Shown here: piece by piece, positions 1-7,898 of the stretch
How positions within the stretch are numbered: the stretch's first letter is position 1
Layout: the number at the start of each line of letters is the position of its first letter
Assembly (NCBI RefSeq): GCF_031580665.1
Contig: NZ_JAVLCD010000003.1
Length of the DNA stretch: 64,000 nt
Direction: 5' to 3' (one strand)
Origin: Pontimonas sp.
GTDB lineage: Bacteria; Actinomycetota; Actinomycetes; Actinomycetales; Microbacteriaceae
Program-made: the position numbers and the translations under genes
The notes under the pieces: model-generated
Databases searched by the model: none
Seen by the model: only the letters and a program-made list of their open reading frames with translations
What the model was told of the DNA's origin: nothing

Positions 1-61
1 TAAAGAGCTCGCCCACCTTGTGGACGGCGTGTGTCTGGGCATCAAGAGTTTGTTCAGACAT
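1..61 (-). CDS. 5' end of an unidentified CDS that runs off the window (MSEQTLDAQTHAVHKVGELF...)
   Basis: ATG at 59-61 on the minus strand with GGAAGGAG 6 nt upstream. Only 20 codons are visible, so no family call is possible. Confidence 0.4.
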   Translation of the reverse strand, partial: MSEQTLDAQTHAVHKVGELF

Positions 62-109
62 TGTGTGCTCCTTCCGTCCCGATGGACGCTAACAGTGCTC
101 CCTTGCAAA

Positions 110-185
110 TATGTGTGTACGCACCTAAAGTGCGGTAAATCCATCAAGCTGAGCGCACTCAGACCATGATTATGTGCGAACGCAC
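110..185. promoter_or_regulatory. Two copies of a 15-bp operator-like motif, each containing a GTGYG-NN-CGCAC inverted repeat
   Basis: TATGTGTGTACGCAC at 110-124 and TATGTGCGAACGCAC at 171-185 are identical at 13/15 positions. They lie in the divergent intergenic region between the partial CDS and the HTH gene. Confidence 0.35.
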
Positions 186-206
186 AGCTTGACAGGAGGG
201 CCGCAG

Positions 207-470
207 TTGGATTCGTCCGCATCAATTGCCCACACCTTGCGGGCTCGCCGCAAACAGCTGGGTCTGACCCAACTAGATGCCGCAGAGCTCGCCAGAGTAT
301 CCGTGCGGTTCGTCCACGGCTGCGAGTCAGGCAAAGCTTCGGTGCAGTTGGACCGAGTGCGCGCCCTCTCAGCAGCCCTGGGGCTCACTTTGACGCTAAC
401 ACTGCGCCAGCCGGAGAGAACCCAAACCCAAAAAGCCCGTTTTCCCCAGCACCCCAGACAACTTCCTTGA
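207..470 (+). CDS. XRE-family helix-turn-helix transcriptional regulator (HipB/y4mF-like small HTH)
   Basis: HTH segment LGLTQLDAAELARVSVRFVHGCESGK. AGGAGGG lies 6 nt upstream of TTG at 207, which favours this start over the ORF-track start at 174 that sits inside the operator-like palindrome. Confidence 0.7.
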   Translation: MDSSASIAHTLRARRKQLGLTQLDAAELARVSVRFVHGCESGKASVQLDRVRALSAALGLTLTLTLRQPERTQTQKARFPQHPRQLP

Positions 471-577
471 AAAACCCGGCAGAAAGGTTAATCAGCGGGC
501 TTTCTCTTTGGCCCGCAGGGATTTGCTAAACAGGGGTCAGCAGAGGGTTGTGCCTGAAATGAGTGGCGCGGAGACCT

Positions 578-653
578 TGGCACGCCCGGAGGGATTCGAA
601 CCCCCAACCTTCTGATCCGTAGTCAGATGCTCTATCCGTTGAGCTACGGGCGC
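578..653 (-). tRNA. tRNA-Arg (anticodon ACG), CCA encoded
   Basis: The reverse complement folds as a cloverleaf: GCGCCCG acceptor stem, anticodon loop CTACGGA, T-loop GGGGGTTCGAATCCCTC. Confidence 0.9.
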
Positions 654-845
654 ACGTCGTTTGCACGATGGGTTAGAGCATATCAGCCATCGTGAGGCGT
701 CGATTTGGCAGTCCTCTTACACCGCTCAGAGCAGTAGCGAACACTGTCCCAGTCGCGCTCCCACTTTTTGCGCCACTCAAACTCCAGTCCGCAGTGCTCG
801 CACACCTTCGGGGGGTGCCCGCCCTTCGTTTTCGCCACCATGGGG

Positions 846-1685
846 TTACCTCGAGGAAATCGCGGCGAACTTTCGAATGGAGAGCGGGACGAAAATCGCC
901 AGCATGACCGCCATGCCGATCAGTACCGTCAACAGCGGGTTCTGGGCTGTCCAGCTCTCCCCCACAGGAAACGCGTCAGGAACGTTGCCAAAAAGCTCAC
1001 GCGACGTTTGCACCAGTGCCGACACCGGGTTCCATTCCGCAAACGCACGAAGTGGCCCGGGCAGGGTGTTGGAGGGAACAAAGGCGTTTGAGATGAAGGT
1101 AATCGGGAAGAGAATGAGGAACGACACGTTATTGATAATTTCCGGGCTTCTCACACTCATCCCGACATAGGCCATCACCCACGAAAAGGAGTAAGCAAAG
1201 AGGAGAATCAGCGCCACCGCGGCGAGCGCTTCGAAGAAACTGGAGCGCACCCGCCAGCCGACGATGAACCCGGTGATCATCATCACCACCATGGAGGCGG
1301 CGTTGATGAACATGTCACCGTTGGTCCGGCCCACGAGCACCGCGGAAGGGTTCATCGGCAGGGTGCGAAAACGGTCGATGATGCCGTCTTTGAGGTCTTG
1401 GGCCATGGCAGAGCCCGAATAGGTGGAGCCAAACACCACTGTTTGGGCGAAGATTCCCGCCATCAGAAACTCCTGATAGCTGGAGCCTGGAATGTCGATC
1501 ACCCCGCCATAGACGTAGGTGAACAGCAACACAAACATGATCGGTTGAATCAGGGTGAAGACCAAAATGTCGGGCACCCTTTTGATTTTTAGAAGGTTGC
1601 GCTTAGTGGTGACCCAACCGTCAGAAAGGAAACGCCCAAACGGTGTCCCGGTGGGTTGGAGCGTCGCGTGCGTGGAGTGGCTCAT
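846..1685 (-). CDS. ABC-2 type transporter permease (DrrB-like)
   Basis: 279 aa, multi-span hydrophobic protein. Its start overlaps the stop of the upstream ATPase gene by 4 nt. Confidence 0.85.
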   Translation of the reverse strand: MSHSTHATLQPTGTPFGRFLSDGWVTTKRNLLKIKRVPDILVFTLIQPIMFVLLFTYVYGGVIDIPGSSYQEFLMAGIFAQTVVFGSTYSGSAMAQDLKDGIIDRFRTLPMNPSAVLVGRTNGDMFINAASMVVMMITGFIVGWRVRSSFFEALAAVALILLFAYSFSWVMAYVGMSVRSPEIINNVSFLILFPITFISNAFVPSNTLPGPLRAFAEWNPVSALVQTSRELFGNVPDAFPVGESWTAQNPLLTVLIGMAVMLAIFVPLSIRKFAAISSR

Positions 1686-2698
1686 GCGCGGGTTTCTCTC
1701 TTCTGGGCCTCGTCGGTGTGACCCGGACCTCGATCATCCGCACCTCGGTCCTCGGCACTGCTTCCCGTCAACTCCAAGAACACGTCGTCGAGGGTGGGTC
1801 GGCGCATCCCGGCGTCGTTGAGTTCAATCTTGGCTTCGGCGAACGCACGGAGGACCACCTGGAGTGCCTTGGGAGCATTGTCGACCGCGATGGCTAACTG
1901 GCGCTCATCGGTTCCCACACTCACCTCACCTTGGCCGTGGGGGGCGAGGAGCTCTCGTGCGGCGTCGACCTGGTCCAAGTCGTGGACGGTGACTTCCACT
2001 CTGGCGCCACCAATCTGATCTTTTAGTTCATCGGCGGTGCCCCGCGCGATCACCCTGCCGTGGTCGACCACCGCAATACTGTCGGCTAGCTGGTCGGCCT
2101 CTTCCAAATACTGTGTGGTCAGCAACACTGTGGTGCCCTCGGTCACCAGGTTGTTAATGATGTCCCACAGGGCGAGCCTGCTCCGAGGGTCCAACCCGGT
2201 GGTCGGTTCATCCAAAAACAGCACCGGAGGCTTAATCACCAGGGCCCCCGCGAGGTCAATACGTCGGCGCATTCCGCCAGAAAAGCCTTTGACGGGTCGG
2301 TGGGCAGCGTCGACCAAATCGAACATTTCGATGAGCTCTTGGGCGCGAGCCCGCGAGGCCGCCGGGGAGAGGTGATACAGCCGGCCGACCATGTCGAGGT
2401 TTTCAAAACCGGTCATGTTTTCGTCCACTGCGGCGTATTGACCACTCACACCGATCATCCGTCGGATGGCATCCGGCTCGGCCAACACATCCACGCCCCC
2501 GATCGTGGCGTGGCCCGAATCGGGGGTAGTCAACGTGGTGAGCACTTTCACGGTGGTGGTCTTCCCGGCGCCATTGGGGCCCAAAAGTCCCAGGATGCTT
2601 CCCTCCGGCACTTCGAGGCTCACCCCATCGAGGGCAGTCACCTTCTTGCCGGACGACTGATAGGTCTTGACTAAGTTGCTGGCAGAAATAAAGCTCAC
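1682..2698 (-). CDS. ABC transporter ATP-binding protein (DrrA-like, partner of the ABC-2 permease)
   Basis: Walker A GPNGAGKTT, signature FSGGMRRR, Walker B VLFLDEPTTGLD. Confidence 0.9.
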   Translation of the reverse strand: MSFISASNLVKTYQSSGKKVTALDGVSLEVPEGSILGLLGPNGAGKTTTVKVLTTLTTPDSGHATIGGVDVLAEPDAIRRMIGVSGQYAAVDENMTGFENLDMVGRLYHLSPAASRARAQELIEMFDLVDAAHRPVKGFSGGMRRRIDLAGALVIKPPVLFLDEPTTGLDPRSRLALWDIINNLVTEGTTVLLTTQYLEEADQLADSIAVVDHGRVIARGTADELKDQIGGARVEVTVHDLDQVDAARELLAPHGQGEVSVGTDERQLAIAVDNAPKALQVVLRAFAEAKIELNDAGMRRPTLDDVFLELTGSSAEDRGADDRGPGHTDEAQKRETRA

Positions 2699-2803
2699 TA
2701 TTGAACGCTAGTGGACGCTACCGGGTGGAGGGTGAACAGTGGGCACAGCGGACGCAGCCAAGGCCCGGCCATGAGCACTTTGTGTGCAGAGCGTGGGAAA
2801 GAC

Positions 2804-3175
2804 CTAGTACATCAACAGCTTGGAGCGCAGAATGCGCTCAAATGTTTCCACACTGCCCTCGGCCACACTCAGGTCATTCCAGTCCATAATCATGGCTAGT
2901 TGGCCATCATCGCTTTCAATCAGCACGCAGGGTTCACGGCCTGAGCTCGCGTGGTGCTCCGCCTCGGTGGTGTCGTTTCGGTGTCGAAGCACAATCTCGT
3001 GTCCTTCACCGGCGAAGCGCTCTTCCATTTCCTTCCACGCCTTTTTCTTGCGAATCGGCGAGTGGGTGATGTCACACAGCGCGCATTCGACCGCACCGAC
3101 CATGTGCCCCAGGACGTAGGCGAGTTCGCCGCGCAGACCACCGTCTGCGTTGTAGACACCGATAATCCTCGCCAT
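2804..3175 (-). CDS. Small conserved hypothetical protein with a CALCDITH (CxxC) motif
   Basis: GGAGG lies 6 nt upstream of ATG at 3175 (MARIIGVYNADGG...). The ORF-track GTG at 3190 would place the RBS inside the gene. Confidence 0.6.
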   Translation of the reverse strand: MARIIGVYNADGGLRGELAYVLGHMVGAVECALCDITHSPIRKKKAWKEMEERFAGEGHEIVLRHRNDTTEAEHHASSGREPCVLIESDDGQLAMIMDWNDLSVAEGSVETFERILRSKLLMY

Positions 3176-3255
3176 CACCCACCTCCGCACCCTGTCGCCT
3201 CACTCGAACTCGTGGGATGAGGCTAACAACAGCACCTGGGTGGCCTTCCACCCGG

Positions 3256-3305
3256 TACCCATCAATACAGCACCCATCAATACAGCGCCTATCAATACCG
3301 CGCCT
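3256..3305. repeat. 15-bp tandem repeat, about 3.3 copies, each carrying ATCAATAC
   Basis: tacccatcaatacag / cacccatcaatacag / cgcctatcaataccg / cgcct, in the divergent promoter region between 3175 and 3313. Confidence 0.85.
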
Positions 3306-3312
3306 CTAGGGT

Positions 3313-4770
3313 GTGGCCATGCTGCGAAGTGGAGTGGGTGCCGTGGCGATTGCGCTGGTTCTCGCCGGCTGTCAGCCCGCACCGGTTGACCCGCCGTCTG
3401 CTCCCGAGAGCGAAGCCGAAGGCAACGCCGCCGAGGAGAGCGCCGCAACGAGTGGAAGCGAAGCCACCGATCGAGACGGCGAGGGTTCCCCCCGGGGTTT
3501 TCAACCGGCGGCCACGCCGGGGTTTTGTGCGCAGTTTGATCCGGGCCAGCTCGACTGGTTTGAGCTGGGCCTTAGCCAACCACAGGCAGCGACCAGTTCT
3601 GAAGGCACTGAGGTCAGCATCCAACGCGCCGCTTTGCCCCCGAGCGACTCCGAGCGCTACAACACCATCGTGGAAATCTGTCCCGGCTTCCACCTGGTGA
3701 CCACCCACGACGGTGACACCAGGGTGCTCTCCATTCAAGAGGACCGCTTCGCGGATACCGCCGGGCTCAACACCGCGGGCGCGTTGGACAACCCGGCGAA
3801 CCCCGGGGTTGTCGGCGGCGGGCCCACCTGGGGTTTTCGTGACTCTCTGGTCGCCGGGGATTACCTGTATCTCTCCGACGCCGTAGTCGATGCGGAGGCA
3901 GAATGCGTGTCTCTCGCGATTCACCGGGTGGCCGTGGAGGAGGTCCTGAGCGCAGACACCGCCTCCAGCGACGTCATTTACTCCTCGTCCCCGTGCGTGA
4001 GCTACACCGATGACTACCGAGCGCGGGCTCCGCTCAAGGTTCACCTGGGCGGGGCACTGGCCTACCGGGGCTCTCGCGATGAGCTCTACGTCTCGATCGG
4101 TGATATGCATTTGGGCTCCAGCACCATTGGGCAGGCAGAAGCGATTGGAATCGACAACGTCGAGAAGGATTACGCCCTGTTGCTCGACGACAGTGCGGCC
4201 CTCTCCGCCGTGGTCGCCATTTCTGATCCGGCCCACTCTGCCCAGTCGCGCGTGTTCGCCAAGGGGCTTCGAAACTCGCTGGGGATGACGGTGGTGGGCT
4301 CCGACCGGTTGTGGCTGACCGATCACGGTCCCCAGGGCGGTGACGAGTTAAACCTCATCGAAGAGGGCGCGGACTACGGTTGGCCCCTCACCTCGGAGGG
4401 CGAGCCCTACGACCGCTCGAACTACCCGGATGACCCGGATGCTCTGCCGGCCCCGTGGCTCGATATTTACCTCTCCCCACAACCAGGCACCACCTATCCG
4501 GAGACGAGTTGGTCCCCCGCAATTGCCCCCACCGCCATCGTGGAGTACCCGGAGGGCGAAGCCCGCTCCGGCATTGACGACTGGGCGGGCAGTGTGGTGA
4601 TCGGCTCGCTTCGGGCACAAACACTCCTGGCGCTTCGCCTCACCGGCGAATCAGAGTTCGTCGAAGATCGCCTGGAGCTCGGCCAGCGCATCCGCGACCT
4701 GGTCGCCACCCCAGAGGGTCACCTCCTCGCGGTGACCGACTCGTCTCGACTCTTAGTGGTCGCTGGCTAA
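3313..4770 (+). CDS. PQQ-dependent sugar dehydrogenase (soluble glucose/sorbosone dehydrogenase-like) lipoprotein
   Basis: Signal peptide with lipobox LAGC. Motif GLRNSLGM...DHGPQGGDELNLIEEGADYGWP is typical of the YliI/sorbosone dehydrogenase beta-propeller. The start may instead be the ATG at 3319. Confidence 0.8.
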   Translation: MAMLRSGVGAVAIALVLAGCQPAPVDPPSAPESEAEGNAAEESAATSGSEATDRDGEGSPRGFQPAATPGFCAQFDPGQLDWFELGLSQPQAATSSEGTEVSIQRAALPPSDSERYNTIVEICPGFHLVTTHDGDTRVLSIQEDRFADTAGLNTAGALDNPANPGVVGGGPTWGFRDSLVAGDYLYLSDAVVDAEAECVSLAIHRVAVEEVLSADTASSDVIYSSSPCVSYTDDYRARAPLKVHLGGALAYRGSRDELYVSIGDMHLGSSTIGQAEAIGIDNVEKDYALLLDDSAALSAVVAISDPAHSAQSRVFAKGLRNSLGMTVVGSDRLWLTDHGPQGGDELNLIEEGADYGWPLTSEGEPYDRSNYPDDPDALPAPWLDIYLSPQPGTTYPETSWSPAIAPTAIVEYPEGEARSGIDDWAGSVVIGSLRAQTLLALRLTGESEFVEDRLELGQRIRDLVATPEGHLLAVTDSSRLLVVAG

Positions 4771-6041
4771 AGCCTCGCCAGTTCGTCAATGTCTACCAAG
4801 AAGTCTTCGGCAACATCCTTCGACACGGTCATTCGGGTGTGCCCAATCGCCCAGTCATAGTCGTCAGTACTGGGACCGGTTTGGTTTCCGTCCTGGTAGA
4901 CCGCGTCCTCCAGGGCGCGCTGCGAGCCTTTACGGGCCGCGTATTCGATATCCGCGGGCGAAAAGCCCGCGGTTCGCTCCACCAGCCGGTCCAGGTCCAC
5001 GCTCTGCAGTGACTGCGGGGGAATGTAGCGGGTCCAAATGGAGCGCCTGGCATCCTCGTCGGGCAAACCAATGGGGATGACGTAGTCGAAGCGCCCGTGG
5101 CGCAAAAAGGCCGCATCGAGGGCGCGGATGAAGTTGGTTGCCACAATGAGCAACCGACCCCGGCCCTCCCGAAACAGCGGAATCAGCTTCAACAGTTCGT
5201 TAGTCACACCCTGGCTGGGTGCGGGGGGTTCGCCTTTGCGGTGTGAGGCGATTTCTTCCACCTCATCGATGAAGACGACGACATTATCCAATTCGGATAT
5301 TTGGGTGAACGTGTCGCGCAGGGCGCCGGCCATGCCCCGCGAGTCTCCGGCGAGCCGTGCGGGGAACACTTCGACAAACGGCCAACTGAGCCGCGAAGCC
5401 ACGGCCTTCGCGAAGGTCGTTTTTCCCGTCCCGGGAGGGCCAAAGAGGACAATGGCGCGCGGTGGCTCGACACCGAACGTTTCCGCCGTGTCCGGATCCT
5501 GCAGCGGCAAGACCAGTCGCCGCTCGAGGAGCTGTTTTTCGTTTTGCATCCCCGCGATACTCGTCCACAAATCGGGCGGAAGGTGGCGGCCACCGAGCTC
5601 CGCGAGGGTGGCGCGCTCCTTTTCGCTCATCGGAAGCTGGCGCTCAAAATAACTCAGGTGGTTTTTATCGACGAAGCCCGAGCGGTGCAACACCCCGGTG
5701 TCGTGCTGTTGATCGGGCACCAGGATGCTCAGCTTGGTTAACCCCAAGGGGGTCAACCGGTTTTCCAGTGCCGCTAACAGCGCGCTGCCGATGCCCTGCC
5801 GGCGCATCCCGTCCACAGTCCAAAAGAAGACGATCCAGCCTTGTTCGTGGGCGGCCCGTGCCACGGCGGCCCCCACCACTTTGTTCTCCGCCACGGCGAC
5901 AACAGCGTGGTCTTTTTCACAGGAGGCGAGCACTTCAGCGACCGAATAGACGGGCTCCTGGCCGGATTGTTTAGATTCTTCCCACAGGGCAAGAAGCGCG
6001 TCGGTGTCGACAGGCTGAAATTCGCGAATACGAAACGTCAT
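4767..6041 (-). CDS. Fusion protein: N-terminal GNAT acetyltransferase domain plus C-terminal classic-clade AAA+ ATPase domain
   Basis: GNAT core RRQGIGSALL. Walker A GPPGTGKT, Walker B VVFIDEVE, SRH-like FLRHGRFD. GGAGG lies 6 nt upstream of ATG at 6041. Confidence 0.8.
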   Translation of the reverse strand: MTFRIREFQPVDTDALLALWEESKQSGQEPVYSVAEVLASCEKDHAVVAVAENKVVGAAVARAAHEQGWIVFFWTVDGMRRQGIGSALLAALENRLTPLGLTKLSILVPDQQHDTGVLHRSGFVDKNHLSYFERQLPMSEKERATLAELGGRHLPPDLWTSIAGMQNEKQLLERRLVLPLQDPDTAETFGVEPPRAIVLFGPPGTGKTTFAKAVASRLSWPFVEVFPARLAGDSRGMAGALRDTFTQISELDNVVVFIDEVEEIASHRKGEPPAPSQGVTNELLKLIPLFREGRGRLLIVATNFIRALDAAFLRHGRFDYVIPIGLPDEDARRSIWTRYIPPQSLQSVDLDRLVERTAGFSPADIEYAARKGSQRALEDAVYQDGNQTGPSTDDYDWAIGHTRMTVSKDVAEDFLVDIDELARL

Positions 6042-6219
6042 AGTGGTCCTCCCACGGTCAATGGACATCGCTCCGATGGTCTCGGAGATGGCACGCAGCT
6101 CAGGGTGGGAGAAAGCGCTTGTTCCAGAATACGATACTGGCTTGTCGCCACCGAGAGAAAGCGGGAATAGTTTTCCGAGGCGTAATGTTCTTGGAAGTAA
6201 CCCAGAGAGGAGGCCCCCA

Positions 6220-6534
6220 ATGAGCGAGTGGAATTACACCAAGTGTTCAAAACCGTTTGGGAGTCAGCAAGAAGCGAAAGAGTTCATGATCGAGCGCAAT
6301 TTCGCGGGACAGATTTTGTTGCGCGACAACGGCGGTTACACCGCGGTCTGCCCGACCTACCCGGAGGGCTACTATCCGGATGCCATCCCCGTTGAAACGA
6401 TCGACGAATCGATGCTCGGCGCGCCAGCACGCAGTGATCACCTCGTCGGGACCCTCACCGAGAGCGTGCAGTCCGATGATGAGCTCTGCTGCGACACTCG
6501 CCAAGAAGTGAGCATTACCAGCCCACCCCGATAG
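6220..6534 (+). CDS. Hypothetical small protein (104 aa)
   Basis: GAGAGGAGG lies upstream of ATG at 6220. The longer ORF-track version lacks an RBS. No recognisable domain. Confidence 0.45.
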   Translation: MSEWNYTKCSKPFGSQQEAKEFMIERNFAGQILLRDNGGYTAVCPTYPEGYYPDAIPVETIDESMLGAPARSDHLVGTLTESVQSDDELCCDTRQEVSITSPPR

Positions 6535-6570
6535 GCCAACTCGGTAGACGCCACGCCCAGCGCGATCGGT

Positions 6571-7029
6571 CTAGGCGACTATCGCCCAGGTGATCATTCC
6601 CGTGGCCACACCCCACACCACCGCACCCAGGGTGACAATCGTGCTCGAGCGCCAGACGCTCACACCCAACGACACCGCAATGGCGGCGGCGATTTGGGTG
6701 CCGATGATGAGCGGCCCCACTACCGCCATGCCGAAGACTCCGTAGCGGATAAAAATCTTTTGAGCCCGTTCGAGCCTGGCGTCGGGCTCGCGCGAGAGGC
6801 CTTTTCGCTCGCGTCTGCGGGCCATTCCGGCCATAATCCGCTCGCTCAATACGGCGAACAGCACGATGGTGCTCGCGTTGCCCAGCAACGCCCACACCAT
6901 CGTCCACACGGGCGAGAGGCCAAACGCGATCCCGACAGGGATCACCACGACGGCCTCTAACCAGGGGGTCGCGCCGGCAATAAACACCCCGAGCAGGCCG
7001 AGCTGTTCAAGCAAAAATTCTGGTGCCAT
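6571..7029 (-). CDS. Small membrane protein, putative small multidrug export-like family
   Basis: 152 aa, four hydrophobic segments with a basic central loop (RRRERKGLSREPDARLERAQK). The family assignment is from memory of that architecture only. Confidence 0.5.
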   Translation of the reverse strand: MAPEFLLEQLGLLGVFIAGATPWLEAVVVIPVGIAFGLSPVWTMVWALLGNASTIVLFAVLSERIMAGMARRRERKGLSREPDARLERAQKIFIRYGVFGMAVVGPLIIGTQIAAAIAVSLGVSVWRSSTIVTLGAVVWGVATGMITWAIVA

Positions 7030-7180
7030 CGGTGCCTTTCGACCCTCGGCAGAACGGGACGGATGTGTCCACCCCGACTCACAGTTTAACTCCCTGTTGT
7101 CGTTCCTTTTTGGCCGTTAGGGTGGCCGGAGGGCACCACGACTGTGGGCTCACCGCAAACGCATTAAGGGGAACCCCACC

Positions 7181-7555
7181 GTGAACGAAAAAGACCTCGT
7201 CGAGCTCTGGAATGACAAACGTCGCCAGCTCATCCAGGCCCAACTGCACTCCGTCATCGCACTCTCCGTCATCACGGTGCTCGTGCTCTTCAGGGCCTTC
7301 ATCCAGGCCCCTCCCTACGTGGCCATTTTCGCCCTGGTGTTCCTCGTCACGGTCGGTGGCTTGAGTGTGCTCAGCCAGTTCGCCATAATCCGCGAAGCCA
7401 AAAGCGTGGTGGAAGAGCTGGACGCAAAGGAGAATCTGGGGCCTGTTGCGCAGACCATCGCCGCCAGTAGCACCTACCTCACCCTGACCCAGGCACTGAT
7501 GGCCGTCTTCAGCGTTGCCCTGCTCGTAGCCTTCGTGTTGGTGGCATTCCTCTAA
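7181..7555 (+). CDS. Hypothetical membrane protein (3 predicted TM segments)
   Basis: GTG start preceded by AAGGGGAA. Hydrophobic segments present, no recognisable domain. Confidence 0.55.
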   Translation: MNEKDLVELWNDKRRQLIQAQLHSVIALSVITVLVLFRAFIQAPPYVAIFALVFLVTVGGLSVLSQFAIIREAKSVVEELDAKENLGPVAQTIAASSTYLTLTQALMAVFSVALLVAFVLVAFL

Positions 7556-7574
7556 CCAGGCGCCAACACATTGG

Positions 7575-7618
7575 CCGTGTTGTGTCCCGCAACAGACGCG
7601 TTGCGGGACACAACACGG
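7575..7618 (+). terminator. Perfect 19-bp stem hairpin (ccgtgttgtgtcccgcaac-agacgc-gttgcgggacacaacacgg)
   Basis: Read directly from the sequence. It lies 20 nt after the stop at 7555 and has no U-run. Confidence 0.5.
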
Positions 7619-7664
7619 AAGACATGCAGAGGCTCACGCCCCAACTCCGCCGGAGTTAACAGCA

Positions 7665-7695
7665 CTCCCCCGTATATGCGGGGGAGTCGTTTTTT
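7665..7695 (+). terminator. Rho-independent terminator (ctcccccg-tatatg-cgggggag followed by tcgTTTTTT)
   Basis: GC-rich 8-bp stem followed by a T6 run on the plus strand. Confidence 0.7.
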
Positions 7696-7698
7696 CTG

Positions 7699-7787
7699 CG
7701 GAGACGGAGGGATTTGAACCCTCGGTCCCCTTACGGGGACTCCACCTTAGCAGGGTGGTGCACTAGGCCGGACTATGCGACGTCTCC
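7699..7787 (-). tRNA. tRNA-Ser (anticodon GCT), long variable arm, CCA not encoded
   Basis: Reverse complement GGAGACG...CCACC-CTGCTAA-GGTGG...GAGGGTTCAAATCCCTC-CGTCTCC-G. Confidence 0.9.
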
Positions 7788-7898
7788 TGATGCGGGCCCC
7801 AGCCTACCGCGTCAGCCTCAGTGTCTCGACCTCGGTTCGCCACTTTTTCCCACCGCGTGTGGCCGGCAGCAGACTGCTCACTGCGGTAGTGGCACCGG

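Noticed and set aside
174-470. HipBA-type toxin-antitoxin module.
   Set aside because: Only the small HTH is present. No kinase or toxin ORF follows it (a tRNA gene does), and the divergent gene is truncated by the window edge.
654-845. Possible small RNA (6C-like, SRP, tmRNA, RNase P) in the 190-nt gap next to tRNA-Arg, and in other gaps over 100 nt.
   Set aside because: No conserved signatures were recognisable: no C-rich loop pairs, no tmRNA tag frame, no SRP domain IV motif. Only a modest 8-bp hairpin (cacgatgg/ccatcgtg) is present. A covariance-model scan would be needed.
3292-4326. Long antisense or alternate-frame ORFs throughout the window. Examples: 3292-4326(-), 8025-8933(+), 15978-16886(+), 17716-18999(+), 20979-21896(+), 23485-24366(+), 25192-25797(-), 26259-27143(+), 39200-40234(-), 45594-46445(-), 47953-48714(-), 49703-50575(-), 50600-51397(-).
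   Set aside because: Each lies opposite or out of frame to a gene with clear family motifs. Their translations are Arg/Gly/Pro/Ala-rich with no motifs. This is the expected artefact of stop-codon-poor frames in high-GC DNA.
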